Of a stretch of 64,000 bases of DNA, positions 24,242 through 37,909 are shown piece after piece (the stretch's first letter is position 1; each line of letters begins with the position of its first letter). This DNA comes from an uncultured Collinsella sp. (GTDB lineage: Bacteria; Actinomycetota; Coriobacteriia; Coriobacteriales; Coriobacteriaceae): positions 3,613-67,612 of the forward strand of contig CATXWM010000007.1 in assembly GCA_958403205.1 (NCBI GenBank), read 5' to 3'. The notes beneath the pieces were generated by a model, which worked only from the letters and a program-made list of their open reading frames with translations, was not told the origin of the DNA and searched no databases. The position numbers and the translations under genes are program-made.

Positions 24242-27200
24242 GGCGACTGCCTCGATCAAGATCACGGTGGCGACGAGCATGCATCCATGTCGCAGCAAAA
24301 CACAGCATCGAAGCGCCGGCCAGATACGTCATAGTCAAGCCAGCACCGCCCGCCTCAGGAAGCGTGGTCGAGTACCTGTTGGTAAAAGTCGGCGGGGTCG
24401 GGGTGTCGGTATCGTCGTAGGTGACGACAGTGTTGAGTTTCCCTTCGCCGTTAGTCACAACAACCTTAACCTTGTGCACGGTCGTGTCGTAGGTGATGTG
24501 GTCCTTGACGTTGTTCTCGTCGGCACCCTCGGGAATGACCTCGGAGATGGTGTACTCATAGATCCCCATCTTGGTGTAATCCAAGACAAAGTTAATATCA
24601 CCATCCGCACCGTTCCTGATGGTTTGGAGAACCCTACCGGTCTTCTTGTCCTTGAGCACAAACCCGAACTGGCTTTCTTGCAAGGTCGAGCCTTTGAGCA
24701 TCTTGGTGGCAGAAATTGTAGCTTGACCGCTATAGGGCGCATCACAGACCGTGATGTCGGTGCTCGCCGTTGGGGTGTCAATGTCGACGCCCTTTGCCCT
24801 CAGCTCTTCTGCCTTAGCAAGGGCCTTCTGATAGTCGTCCTCATTGTTGCCTTTGAGCAGAATCCACACCGGTTTAGAGATAACGTTGTATCCGCTCGGC
24901 GCCTTGGTCTCCTCAAGGCAATACAACTTGTAGGCTTCCATCTTTTGCGTAGCATTGCCGAACTTTACCGTGCCCTTTTCGTCTGTTTCAGCACTCCGGA
25001 TCAGCGTTTTCGCAGAATCGAGGCCGGAATCCAAGGCCTTATCCATATTGACCTCATAGAGCGTGAACTCAGCACCGGGCAGTTTTTTTGTGATATCGCT
25101 CTCGTCGACCTTGGTAATCGTTACGCCGTAACCGCTACCACCAGCCGAACCGGACACCTTTTGAATAACCCAGTCTTTTGAATGGACCGTATCACCGTCG
25201 TAGACACCCGTAAGCGACGCTTTGTTGCTCAGAGAAACCGTTTCCCCTTCGTTACCCGCAGGAATGACCTCATACTCAACTTTGAGATATTCCTTATCGG
25301 GCACGCGGAGCGTCATCTTTGTGCACGCCGCGCCGTTTTCATCTTCAATGGTCCTAGCGGAAACGGGGCATTCGTCAGAGCCAAGCAACTTCCAGCCTGT
25401 CCCATCGTATTGGGACACATTGACCGAATCCGTCACCAGCGTGCACTTCGCGTCCATAATGTCGAAGAGCTCGAGATAGTCACTGTCGCTCTTAAGGTTG
25501 ACTGCCGATTCGTTAACCAAGATGGTGTACTTGATACGGTTGCTGCTAGCGACCTGATCTCCGGTCTTTTGCAGTACGTTGTTCTTAATGGCGACGGTTC
25601 CACTACCGGAGTCGAACTTCTTGTTCCCCGACTCGGCACTGGCTGAGTTGGTGAACTTCACCTCGTTCTTAGAGGTATCGAGCTCACCGCGCTTGACCGC
25701 CGTCTGATACGTAAGTTCGGCGTAACCAGCATAGTTGCCGAGCGCCGTCGTGGGGATGGAGAAGGTAACGGTGCCTTTGTCATCACTGACGTTCGCAAGG
25801 GGTAGGCTGTCTGCGACGGTCTTCTTTCGCTGGGCGGTACCGTTATACGCTTTCTGGTCATACGGATTCTGAAACAGCGAGTATTTAGCAGACCCCGGCA
25901 CATAGCTCATACCGCTCGGTAGTGTGTCCACAACGTTCAGCGGTTGGTTATCAAGCTTGCCGGCGCCGTAACACTCTCCGCTTGGCGTCTTGCCCCTGTT
26001 GGCATAAACCGTCCAGTCAACGATCCACGCGCCCTTCTCCTTAGATCCGTCGATTTTGCTCCAGTCGAAATCCCCCTTCCAAGAAACTGCAGTCTTCGAC
26101 GAAGGCTTCTCGACCCCAGGAGTCGAGTTTGCATCGACATAGTAATAGATATATTCCGTGAAATACTTAGTACCGCTTACTTCCACTGATGCAAAATTGG
26201 AGTACCAGCCAGGAAGCGCATCGGATTTTGTCTTATAAGTAATTACCGCATCCGGGTTATCTTTGAGCGCACCCTTCACCCTATCGCTTATCCGAATGAA
26301 CAGGTTGAAGTTTTTCTTGGTTCCAAACGACGTTGAATCACTGCCGCCTTCGAACCACCAATCGACGCCCTTCTCCAAAGGGACATCGCCGATTTTAATA
26401 GAATAGCTGTCGACGTCTGGGCCGATATTTTGGTTCCAGGCCGTCTGAAACGTATCGTAAACCTTGACCTCTGATGGATTCATTGCATTAACAATGGAGC
26501 CCAGTGCTATCCGAAGCTCCCAGGTTGCCTGACCTGTTGTCGCCGCATCAGAATCATTCACAAGTCTCTTTTTAATCTGCGTCCCCACCAACTTCGGCGT
26601 AAACGTGCCGCTGTCCGTGCCGGAAACGGAATTGTCGCGCGAGATACTCGCACTGTTGCTCACCGTGTCATATGAGTCTTGTTCTTTCATTTGGGTGTGA
26701 TAAACAATGCGATAGGGCTGGTACTTATCCGCATCAGATAGACCTGAGAACGAATAGCTAAACGTTTTACCAGTGGGGCTATCGAGATCGCCACGGGCAA
26801 TCTCGTCTTCCCCGTAGAGCCCCCTATAGACGATGTAATTACCCGTATACGTCTGCTTGTCGTCCAGCGTGTCGGTAAATGTATAGCCATTCATGTCGGT
26901 TTTGATATCACCGTTGTTGAGCGTGACCGTCCAGGTGATATCGGACGGCGTTCCGGTGCCATCGCTCTTGTTGATCATGTCATAGCGGAAATCATTTGCT
27001 AAACCTGGCTTTTCCAATCCACCTCTACGGTCTCCGCCCCATGTCCAGCTGGCATTGTTTTTTGAATCGTCAAGTTGGTTAATCCAAACTTTGTTGCCCA
27101 CGGATACATCCGGGTTCATCACCGAATCATAGGTAATCGTATGAGTCCCTTTGGACAAGTTATCCAGGCTCAAAGTCGCGGTCTGCCCCTGAATGCTCGG

Positions 27201-27950
27201 CTGTTGCTCGAGCGTCTCGCCGTTCAACTTAAACGACCCAGGCACAAACAAAAAATTCCCACCAAGCACATCAGTGAGTTGGACATTGTGAGCATAGGAC
27301 TGGACCTCGAGATTGAGAGTCCAAGTTACTTTTCCCTCGCCGCCGGATTGAGAGAACTGTCCCGCTTTCGTTCCCGTCACATCGCCATCTTTTGTCACAA
27401 TGTCGATTTCGCCCTTTCCAGGAAAATTGACTTTCGTTGTGTCGCCGGAGCCAACATTCTCGTCTGTCAGTTTGAATGAAAAATCAACACCAACATGAAC
27501 TTCGGACGGATTCGAATTAATCCAGTTTTGGTCGAAAGTGAAAATCAGCTTATTGTTCTCGCACTTCCAAGTGCCAGCCTCTTTGCCCGAGCCGTCATAA
27601 AGCGGCCCGCCTTCATCCTTCAATAACTTAACATTGCTCGGAAGAGAGTACTCCGCAACATTTTGCGCCGCACTCGGGTTATGGTCCGGCCTAAAGTTCG
27701 CGCTAAACGAACCGTAGAGCGTGTCGGTCGAAAGCACGGTAGTATTTCTCAAAGGCACTTTACGGTTCTCGGCAATGGTATACAGCTCAACCGTAACGTC
27801 CGCCGTATTCTCATCAATCACAATCGGCGTTGGTGTCGACACGTCCTCGGCGCGCACGGGGGCTGCACTGTGAAAAACTGCGGCGGTGAGGCTAATTAAA
27901 ATAAAGACCAGGGCAGCCATACCCAGCGGCCGTGAGCGGTGTGCGTTCAT
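24234..27950 (-). CDS. Large LPXTG-type adhesin / pilus tip protein (Cna-B/SpaA repeats and an FctA/Spy0128-like domain)
   Basis: Signal peptide; repeated beta-sandwich units (K..ITWTV..N); LPGAEFTLY..ETKAPSGY; ATKMLKG..QFGFVLKD..YEYTISE..TYD..FTNRY; LPEAG plus TM and basic tail. Confidence 0.88.
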   Translation of the reverse strand: MNAHRSRPLGMAALVFILISLTAAVFHSAAPVRAEDVSTPTPIVIDENTADVTVELYTIAENRKVPLRNTTVLSTDTLYGSFSANFRPDHNPSAAQNVAEYSLPSNVKLLKDEGGPLYDGSGKEAGTWKCENNKLIFTFDQNWINSNPSEVHVGVDFSFKLTDENVGSGDTTKVNFPGKGEIDIVTKDGDVTGTKAGQFSQSGGEGKVTWTLNLEVQSYAHNVQLTDVLGGNFLFVPGSFKLNGETLEQQPSIQGQTATLSLDNLSKGTHTITYDSVMNPDVSVGNKVWINQLDDSKNNASWTWGGDRRGGLEKPGLANDFRYDMINKSDGTGTPSDITWTVTLNNGDIKTDMNGYTFTDTLDDKQTYTGNYIVYRGLYGEDEIARGDLDSPTGKTFSYSFSGLSDADKYQPYRIVYHTQMKEQDSYDTVSNSASISRDNSVSGTDSGTFTPKLVGTQIKKRLVNDSDAATTGQATWELRIALGSIVNAMNPSEVKVYDTFQTAWNQNIGPDVDSYSIKIGDVPLEKGVDWWFEGGSDSTSFGTKKNFNLFIRISDRVKGALKDNPDAVITYKTKSDALPGWYSNFASVEVSGTKYFTEYIYYYVDANSTPGVEKPSSKTAVSWKGDFDWSKIDGSKEKGAWIVDWTVYANRGKTPSGECYGAGKLDNQPLNVVDTLPSGMSYVPGSAKYSLFQNPYDQKAYNGTAQRKKTVADSLPLANVSDDKGTVTFSIPTTALGNYAGYAELTYQTAVKRGELDTSKNEVKFTNSASAESGNKKFDSGSGTVAIKNNVLQKTGDQVASSNRIKYTILVNESAVNLKSDSDYLELFDIMDAKCTLVTDSVNVSQYDGTGWKLLGSDECPVSARTIEDENGAACTKMTLRVPDKEYLKVEYEVIPAGNEGETVSLSNKASLTGVYDGDTVHSKDWVIQKVSGSAGGSGYGVTITKVDESDITKKLPGAEFTLYEVNMDKALDSGLDSAKTLIRSAETDEKGTVKFGNATQKMEAYKLYCLEETKAPSGYNVISKPVWILLKGNNEDDYQKALAKAEELRAKGVDIDTPTASTDITVCDAPYSGQATISATKMLKGSTLQESQFGFVLKDKKTGRVLQTIRNGADGDINFVLDYTKMGIYEYTISEVIPEGADENNVKDHITYDTTVHKVKVVVTNGEGKLNTVVTYDDTDTPTPPTFTNRYSTTLPEAGGAGLTMTYLAGASMLCFAATWMHARRHRDLDRGSRHE

Positions 27951-28283
27951 AGTTGTCCCCTAATTCCTACAACACAGTGTGGAATACGGCGAATCGTCGG
28001 ATCGAACACAAACCCCAGCATCAACGAGAACCTACCTAGCGCATTGCAAGAACCCATTGGGGGCAACTTCTAAGACGGTTCGTCTATACCACAATGCATA
28101 AAATATAATATAGATACCAATCATGTAAACCGCAGGTCAAGAGGTCTTTTAATTTAATACCAGTTGATATTTACCTGTTAACAGTTTTGTATCATACCGG
28201 CTATATTCAGTGGAATTATGTATATGTTTAAACAACTTAACTTTGACCAGAAAGCCGATCGGAGGGGATAGCCGCCCCCACCG

Positions 28284-28314
28284 TGGTGCAAGCGAACCTG
28301 TCCCCCTTGCACCA
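28284..28314. repeat. REP-like hairpin at the right edge of the pilus island
   Basis: TGGTGCAAG-CGAACCTGTCCCC-CTTGCACCA; its reverse complement is 23/31 identical to 22409-22439. Confidence 0.5.
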
Positions 28315-28349
28315 AAAAGGGCGCCGACCATCGCGGTCGACACCCTTTC
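28314..28349 (-). terminator. Terminator after typA
   Basis: AAAAGGG.G.CGACC..GGTCGACACCCTTT hairpin with a T-run on the minus strand. Confidence 0.65.
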
Positions 28350-28375
28350 TCGTTAGACGCTATAAAGCCCAGCGC

Positions 28376-30214
<1,839 letters not shown>

Positions 30215-30331
30215 GTAGTTCCCCTATCTTCTATCTATATACAAACGGCACGCGTATGCGACCCGCCCAGCAACACAACGCTCGGCGGGAATATTGAGCC
30301 TTTTACCGAAAACTCGTTTATTTTAGCGATT

Positions 30332-30781
30332 TTAGATGAGAGGGGTTTCCTCACCTGCAGGTTCAGGGTCGCTCCACATAAAACCATCGCCGGCGCCCAT
30401 GCCCTCATACAGCACATATGCCGAAAAACCGCTCTCGAGCGTGGTTTCGAAGAAGCTCACGAGCAGAGCATCGTGATAGCCGCCGTCAATCTCGACGCAG
30501 CCGGTGTAGCCGATGGCATAGCGGGCGATGCGGCCCAGGCCCTCGTCCTTAAGGCCCATCTTGTGCTCGGAGATAAAGTTGGTGGCAGCCTCGAGGCATG
30601 CCTCCTCGCCGTCCTCGTCGAGTGCCGCAAGATAGCGGTTGGACGCGGCGTCCTCGATCGCAACGACAACGCCGGGGTTCTCACCAGCGGCAAGATCGTC
30701 CAAGAACGCGCCGATCAGATCGCACACCATGGCGTCGAGCTCGGCGGAGACGTTACCGGCGTCCTGCATATCCTGTGCCAT
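30332..30781 (-). CDS. Hypothetical acidic protein
   Basis: 149-aa ORF with host codon usage, co-oriented in a tight cluster. Confidence 0.75.
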   Translation of the reverse strand: MAQDMQDAGNVSAELDAMVCDLIGAFLDDLAAGENPGVVVAIEDAASNRYLAALDEDGEEACLEAATNFISEHKMGLKDEGLGRIARYAIGYTGCVEIDGGYHDALLVSFFETTLESGFSAYVLYEGMGAGDGFMWSDPEPAGEETPLI

Positions 30782-30811
30782 CTTTAGACCTTCCCATCGA
30801 GTCTGGCGTCG

Positions 30812-31201
30812 TTACAGTTCTTGTGCCTCGGCGGCGATCTTAGCGGCAGCGTCGCGGGTGCGCATCATATCCATCGCGCGCTTGTCGAGCACCTTGATCT
30901 GACTGGTCAGCATGACCGCATCGACCACACCCCAGATCACGAGGCCCGTAGAAATCGAAAACCCAAGCGCACCAACTGTACCACGAAGGCGCGAGCAGAT
31001 TGCCGCGACAAGGGCGGAGACGACAACCATCTTGATAAACGAGCCGCGGCGTTCGCGAAGCGTGCGGGCCTGCGTCACATAGGCAATGCGAGCCGCCTCA
31101 GAAGCCTCCGAGCGCATCTGGGCCTCGCGGGCGATCGCAGCCGCCTCGGCAGAAACTCCGGCGCTCATGAGAGCGCACTCCGTCGCGTGTTTGTCGAACA
31201 T
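30812..31201 (-). CDS. Hypothetical membrane protein (2 TM)
   Basis: Start directly abuts the upstream stop; two hydrophobic helices. Confidence 0.7.
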   Translation of the reverse strand: MFDKHATECALMSAGVSAEAAAIAREAQMRSEASEAARIAYVTQARTLRERRGSFIKMVVVSALVAAICSRLRGTVGALGFSISTGLVIWGVVDAVMLTSQIKVLDKRAMDMMRTRDAAAKIAAEAQEL

Positions 31202-31702
31202 TTAGAAATCATCAGGGGAGAGCGTATGGACAAACTCGTCGAACTTCTCGAACTCCTGCTCGTCGTCGACTTCCTCGGCATGGGTAGAAACAGTGCCCAG
31301 GCGATTCATGATGTCGTCTTCAACGAACATAGGGGCATTACTGCGTACGGCGAGGGCGATGGCGTCGCTCGGACGCGCATCGATCTTATGCTCGTCACCA
31401 TCGGCCAGTACGACGATCGTCGCGTAGAACACCGGCGGCTCGGCGCGAACGATCTCGATGCGCTCGAGCTTGGCGCCCAGGGCGCCAACAGTATCGAGCA
31501 ACAGGTCATGGGCAATCGGGCGCTCGGCGCGACCGCTGTCGATACCGCGGCTAATAGCCGCAGCCTCAAACGAACCAGTTTGGATAGAAAGGGAGCGCAG
31601 CGGCGCAGGGGAGTCCGATTTGCTGCAGCGCTCGCGAAGCACGATGAGCGATGGCACGGGACCGGCGGCCATGACGATGGTCTCTATGTCGACACGAACC
31701 AT
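31202..31702 (-). CDS. Bifunctional nuclease family protein (DUF151/BFN)
   Basis: L.I..G..EA.AI, RPIAHDLL, FYATI, DARPSDAIALAVR; ends PDDF. Start after GGAGG. Confidence 0.9.
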   Translation of the reverse strand: MVRVDIETIVMAAGPVPSLIVLRERCSKSDSPAPLRSLSIQTGSFEAAAISRGIDSGRAERPIAHDLLLDTVGALGAKLERIEIVRAEPPVFYATIVVLADGDEHKIDARPSDAIALAVRSNAPMFVEDDIMNRLGTVSTHAEEVDDEQEFEKFDEFVHTLSPDDF

Positions 31703-31816
31703 GGAACACCTCCGGTACGTAGCGGTTAACACACGGCGCCTTCGCCGCATTGAATTGCTATACTACCCAATCTTTCGCACAGCACACAAAACCAAAATGA
31801 GTTTTATAACACACAA

Positions 31817-31850
31817 GAAAAAAGCCCCGAGGCCATGCCTCGGGGCTCTT
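31817..31850 (-). terminator. Terminator of the tRNA operon
   Basis: AGCCCCGAGGC..GCCTCGGGGCT plus a T-run on the minus strand. Confidence 0.8.
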
Positions 31851-31861
31851 CACGGTTTTGA

Positions 31862-31938
31862 TGGTGGACCTGACAAGATTCGAACTTGTGACCTCCCGGT
31901 TATCAGCCGGACGCTCTAACCAACTGAGCTACAGGTCC
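31862..31938 (-). tRNA. tRNA-Ile(GAT)
   Basis: GGACCTGTAGCTCAGTTGG..CTGATAA..GTTCGAAT..CACCA. Confidence 0.96.
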
Positions 31939-31942
31939 ATCA

Positions 31943-32018
31943 TGGTGGAGGTTAGGGGGATCGAACCCCTGACCTCAGGCTTGCAAAGCCCGCGCTCTCC
32001 CAGCTGAGCTAAACCCCC
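31943..32018 (-). tRNA. tRNA-Ala(TGC)
   Basis: GGGGGTTTAGCTCAGCTGGGAGAGC..TTTGCAA..GGTTCGATCC..CACCA. Confidence 0.96.
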
Positions 32019-32085
32019 ACGGAGACAGTAATAAACACCCCAGCGGCGACTCGGCTCTCGCTGGGGTGTTTATTGCGAAAGAAAG

Positions 32086-32162
32086 TGGTGGACCTGACAA
32101 GATTCGAACTTGTGACCTCCCGGTTATCAGCCGGACGCTCTAACCAACTGAGCTACAGGTCC
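32086..32162 (-). tRNA. tRNA-Ile(GAT), second identical copy
   Basis: Identical to 31862-31938. Confidence 0.96.
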
Positions 32163-32176
32163 ATCGCGCAAGGGAT

Positions 32177-32206
32177 ATATTAGACGAGTCGTTACGCGCG
32201 CGTCAA
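32177..32206 (-). promoter_or_regulatory. Promoter of the tRNA-Ile/Ala/Ile operon
   Basis: TTGACG-N18-TAATAT on the minus strand with an upstream A-tract. Confidence 0.6.
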
Positions 32207-32234
32207 CAACTTTTTTGAAAATCTTTGGTAGGGG

Positions 32235-32368
32235 TGGTCGCTGGGCTGGCGAGATGGTTTTGGTTTGCTGCTCGGACAGTCCTGCGCAAGACGAAGGCCA
32301 CATTAAGTGGCCTTCTTTGCGTGCGGAACTCGCGACAAACCAAAACCATCTCGCCAGCCCAGCGACCA
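32235..32368. repeat. Palindromic REPIN/MITE-like element
   Basis: Perfect 33-bp inverted repeats (32235-32267 / 32336-32368) with a nested GAAGGCCAC-ATTAA-GTGGCCTTC hairpin. Confidence 0.85.
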
Positions 32369-32459
32369 TGGAGTCCCAAGGTTTTCAAAAAAGCGGTCGG
32401 CGCGCAGTGCGCCGACCGCCGATATATGGGGTCTGATATTTTCTACCAGCTAGGGCCTC

Positions 32460-35198
32460 TTACTCGTCAAGGAGATCTTCTGGCATGTCGTTACCATCGC
32501 CTAGATCGACTGGGGTTTCTTCGGGGGCAGAGCCATCTTCTGTGGTTTCGCCTTCGGGCTTCTCCTTGGCGGCTGTCATGCGGGCTACGGCGCATACGCG
32601 GTCGTCGTCGTCGACGGTCATCATCTTGACGCCCTGGGTGGCGCGGCCGGTCTGGCTAATCTCGTCGGTCTTGACGCGAATGACCGTTGCGCCTTCCGTC
32701 ACGATGAACAGCTCGTGTTGCGGGCCCACCGTCTTCATGGCCGCAAGGTTGCCCTTGCACTCGGTCATCTGGATGGTGTAGACGCCCTGACCGCCGCGGT
32801 TCTGCTCCGGGTAGTCCGCGACCGGCGTGCGCTTGCCGTAGCCGCGCTCGGTAATGACAAACAGGTCACCGTTGCCGTTGGTAACCTCCATGCCCAAAAC
32901 GCTCACGTCGTCTTTCATGCTAATACCGCGAACGCCGCTGGTGTCGCGGCCGGTGGCGCGCACCTGCTCCTCGGAGAACATAATCGCCTTGCCCGCAGTA
33001 GTGGCCAGGATGATCTTGTCGCCCTCGCGCACACGGCGCACGGCGAGCAGCGCGTCGTCGTCTCTCAGGTTGATGGCAATCAGACCATCACGGCGGCTAC
33101 GGTCGTAGGCGCTCATCACGGTCTTCTTGACCATGCCGCTCTTAGTGGCAAACATCAGGTACTCGTCGGCCGGGAACTCGCGGCAGCTGATGACGCTCGC
33201 GATCTTCTCGCCTTCCTCGAAGGGCAGCAGGTTGACGATCGCGGTACCGCGCGCCTGGCGCGTACCCACCGGCAGCTCGTGCACCTTCAGGCGATAGACC
33301 TTGCCCTTGCTCGAGAAGAACAGCACGTACTCGTGCGTGGACGCGATGAACATCTCATCGATAACGTCATCCTCTTTGAGGTTGACGCCCGACACGCCCT
33401 TGCCACCGCGCTTCTGGGCACGGTAGGCAGCCACCGGGATACGCTTAACGTAGCCGGTATGGGTAATGGTCACGACCATATCCTCGTCGGCAATGAGGTC
33501 CTCGACGTCCAGGTCCTTCTCGACATGGCTGATCTCGGTGCGGCGCTTATCGCCGAACTTCTTGGAGATCTCGCGCATCTCCTCCTTGATGACGCCCAGG
33601 ATCTTCTCCTCGTGCGCCAGCAGGTCCTCGTAGTAGGCGATGGCGCGGCGCAGGCCGTCCAGCTCTTCTTGGATCTTGTCTCGCTCCAGGCCGGTCAGGC
33701 GGCGCAGCTTCATCTCGAGGATGGCCGTGGTCTGCTCGGGCGTAAAGCCAAAGCGCTCGATCAGGCGGCTGCTGGCCTCGGAGTCGGTCTGCGAGGAGCG
33801 GATGATGCTGATGACCTCGTCGATATGGTCAAGGGCCATCAGGTAACCCTCGAGGATATGCGCGCGGGCCTGGGCCTTCTTAAGGTCGAAGCGGGTGCGG
33901 CGGGTGACGACGTCGACCTGGTGGTCGATGTAGTGCTGCAGCATCTCGCGCAGGCTCAGGCATTTGGGAACGCCGTTGACGAGTGCCAGGTTGTTGGCGC
34001 CAAAGGTCGTCTGCAGCGAGGTGTACTTATACAGATTGTTGAGCACGACCTGCGGAATGACGCCCTTCTTGAGCTCGATGACCAGACGGATGCCCTTCTG
34101 GTTGGACTCATCGCGCATATCCGAGATGCCCTCGATGCGCTTGTCGTTGACGAGCTGGGCAATCTTCTCCTGCAGGGTGCCCTTGTTGACCATGTAGGGA
34201 ATCTCGGTAAAGACCAGGCGGCTGCGACCGGTCTTGGTGGACTCAACGTGTGCCTTGGCACGCACGGTAATGGAGCCGCGGCCGGTCTCGTAGCTCTGCT
34301 TAATGCCGGCGCTGCCCATGATGATGGCGCCGGTGGGGAAGTCCGGACCGGGCATGATCTGCATGAGCTCGTCGACGGTGGCGTCGGGGTTGTCGATCAG
34401 GTAGCAGGTGGCCTCGATCGCCTCGGTGAGGTTATGCGGGGCGATGTTGGTGGCCATGCCGACGGCGATGCCCTGGCTGCCGTTAACCAGCAGGTTGGGG
34501 AAGCGCGCAGGCAGCGCCACGGGCTCGGCGAGCGATTCGTCGTAGTTGGGCTGCCAGTCGACGGTATCCTTCTGCAAGTCACGCAGCAGTTCCATGGCGG
34601 GCTTGGCCAGACGGCTCTCGGTGTAACGCATGGCTGCCGCGCCGTCGCCGTCGATGTTACCGAAGTTGCCGTGACCGTCGATGAGCGGCGTGCGCATGGA
34701 GAACCACTGCGCCAGGCGGACCATGGCCTCATAGACCGCGGAGTCGCCGTGCGGGTGGTACTTACCGATAACTTCGCCGACCGTCCAGGCCGACTTCTTG
34801 TGCGGTCGGTTGGGGTAGATGCCGCTCTCGTTCATCGCGTACAGGATGCGGCGGTGAACCGGCTTTAAGCCGTCGCGCACGTCCGGTAGGGCGCGCGCCG
34901 TGATAACCGACATCGAATACTCGATGAACGACTGCTTCATCTCGCGACCGAACTCCGAAATCTGGAGCTGGCCGCCGTTGATATCCTCACCGGCCGAGGC
35001 ACCACGGTCGACTTCACCAAAGCTCTCCTCGAGCTCGGCGTCGTCTTCTTCCTCATCATCATCGGCATCGGGGTTATAGGCGTCCGGGTCGCCGTCCTCG
35101 CCCTGCTCAGCACGGGCAAGCAGGCGCTTCAGATCATCGGGCATACCGGCATCGCCGGCCTCGTCCATATCCTCGTTATTGTTGATATCGTCTGCCAC
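32460..35198 (-). CDS. gyrA: DNA gyrase subunit A
   Basis: [29 protein letters not shown], GyrA-box QKRGGKG, beta-pinwheel repeats. Confidence 0.98.
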   Translation of the reverse strand: MADDINNNEDMDEAGDAGMPDDLKRLLARAEQGEDGDPDAYNPDADDDEEEDDAELEESFGEVDRGASAGEDINGGQLQISEFGREMKQSFIEYSMSVITARALPDVRDGLKPVHRRILYAMNESGIYPNRPHKKSAWTVGEVIGKYHPHGDSAVYEAMVRLAQWFSMRTPLIDGHGNFGNIDGDGAAAMRYTESRLAKPAMELLRDLQKDTVDWQPNYDESLAEPVALPARFPNLLVNGSQGIAVGMATNIAPHNLTEAIEATCYLIDNPDATVDELMQIMPGPDFPTGAIIMGSAGIKQSYETGRGSITVRAKAHVESTKTGRSRLVFTEIPYMVNKGTLQEKIAQLVNDKRIEGISDMRDESNQKGIRLVIELKKGVIPQVVLNNLYKYTSLQTTFGANNLALVNGVPKCLSLREMLQHYIDHQVDVVTRRTRFDLKKAQARAHILEGYLMALDHIDEVISIIRSSQTDSEASSRLIERFGFTPEQTTAILEMKLRRLTGLERDKIQEELDGLRRAIAYYEDLLAHEEKILGVIKEEMREISKKFGDKRRTEISHVEKDLDVEDLIADEDMVVTITHTGYVKRIPVAAYRAQKRGGKGVSGVNLKEDDVIDEMFIASTHEYVLFFSSKGKVYRLKVHELPVGTRQARGTAIVNLLPFEEGEKIASVISCREFPADEYLMFATKSGMVKKTVMSAYDRSRRDGLIAINLRDDDALLAVRRVREGDKIILATTAGKAIMFSEEQVRATGRDTSGVRGISMKDDVSVLGMEVTNGNGDLFVITERGYGKRTPVADYPEQNRGGQGVYTIQMTECKGNLAAMKTVGPQHELFIVTEGATVIRVKTDEISQTGRATQGVKMMTVDDDDRVCAVARMTAAKEKPEGETTEDGSAPEETPVDLGDGNDMPEDLLDE

Positions 35199-35209
35199 GT
35201 TACCTCCTC

Positions 35210-37282
<2,073 letters not shown>

Positions 37283-37289
37283 TTATCGT

Positions 37290-37319
37290 AAAAAAATACC
37301 CTCGGGAACGAGGGTATTT
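37290..37319 (-). terminator. Terminator between dciA and gyrB
   Basis: AAATACCCTCG-loop-CGAGGGTATTTTTTT on the minus strand. Confidence 0.7.
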
Positions 37320-37345
37320 GGCTCTACAAGGCCACCAGATGCGAT

Positions 37346-37909
37346 TTAAGGCTCTTTTTTGCTTTGCACGCCCTTGGCCCACTCGGCACTGGCTCTCATG
37401 GCGTTCTCGAGGGCCTCGCGCAGTTTTTGGTCCTCGATGGGTGCCACTTGGCGCTCGATCTCGGTGCGCTCGGCCTCACTTAGGTCGGCGTGCGGGGCCG
37501 GCGGGCGCTCGGTCGTCGCCGGGCGCAGGCGCTCCTTGGCGGCGGGTGGCGTGTGACCGGGCGCGGTGGTTTTGAACACCAGGCCGTCCACATGCGCACC
37601 GGCGCGCTCCATACGCGCGCGGATGATCTCGCGCAACAGCGTCATTTCCTGCGTCCACGAGGGCGAGTCGAGATACACCAGCAGCTCATTGGACTCGGGC
37701 AGGTAGCGCAGACCCGTCACATGCCGCCCCTCGCGCGTGCCCGAGCACACCGCGTTCCACGCGCGATAGACCGCACGAGATTCCTCTGCAGCCTCCATCT
37801 GCGCGCGGCGCTCAGGTGTCGCGGCCGCCAGGATGCGCTGGCGCTCTGCGTTCAAAAACCCACTGAAGGCGACCGTTTCGCTCTCGCGCTCGTAATTAGC
37901 ACGTCTCAC
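37346..37909 (-). CDS. dciA: DUF721/DciA family protein
   Basis: Position between recF and gyrB; W..V.G...HV..L.V..DSPSWTQE pattern. Confidence 0.75.
   Translation of the reverse strand: MRRANYERESETVAFSGFLNAERQRILAAATPERRAQMEAAEESRAVYRAWNAVCSGTREGRHVTGLRYLPESNELLVYLDSPSWTQEMTLLREIIRARMERAGAHVDGLVFKTTAPGHTPPAAKERLRPATTERPPAPHADLSEAERTEIERQVAPIEDQKLREALENAMRASAEWAKGVQSKKEP

Noticed and set aside
34720..34765. Quinolone-resistance substitution in the GyrA QRDR
   Set aside because: [10 protein letters not shown] keeps Ser and an acidic residue at the positions equivalent to E. coli 83 and 87.
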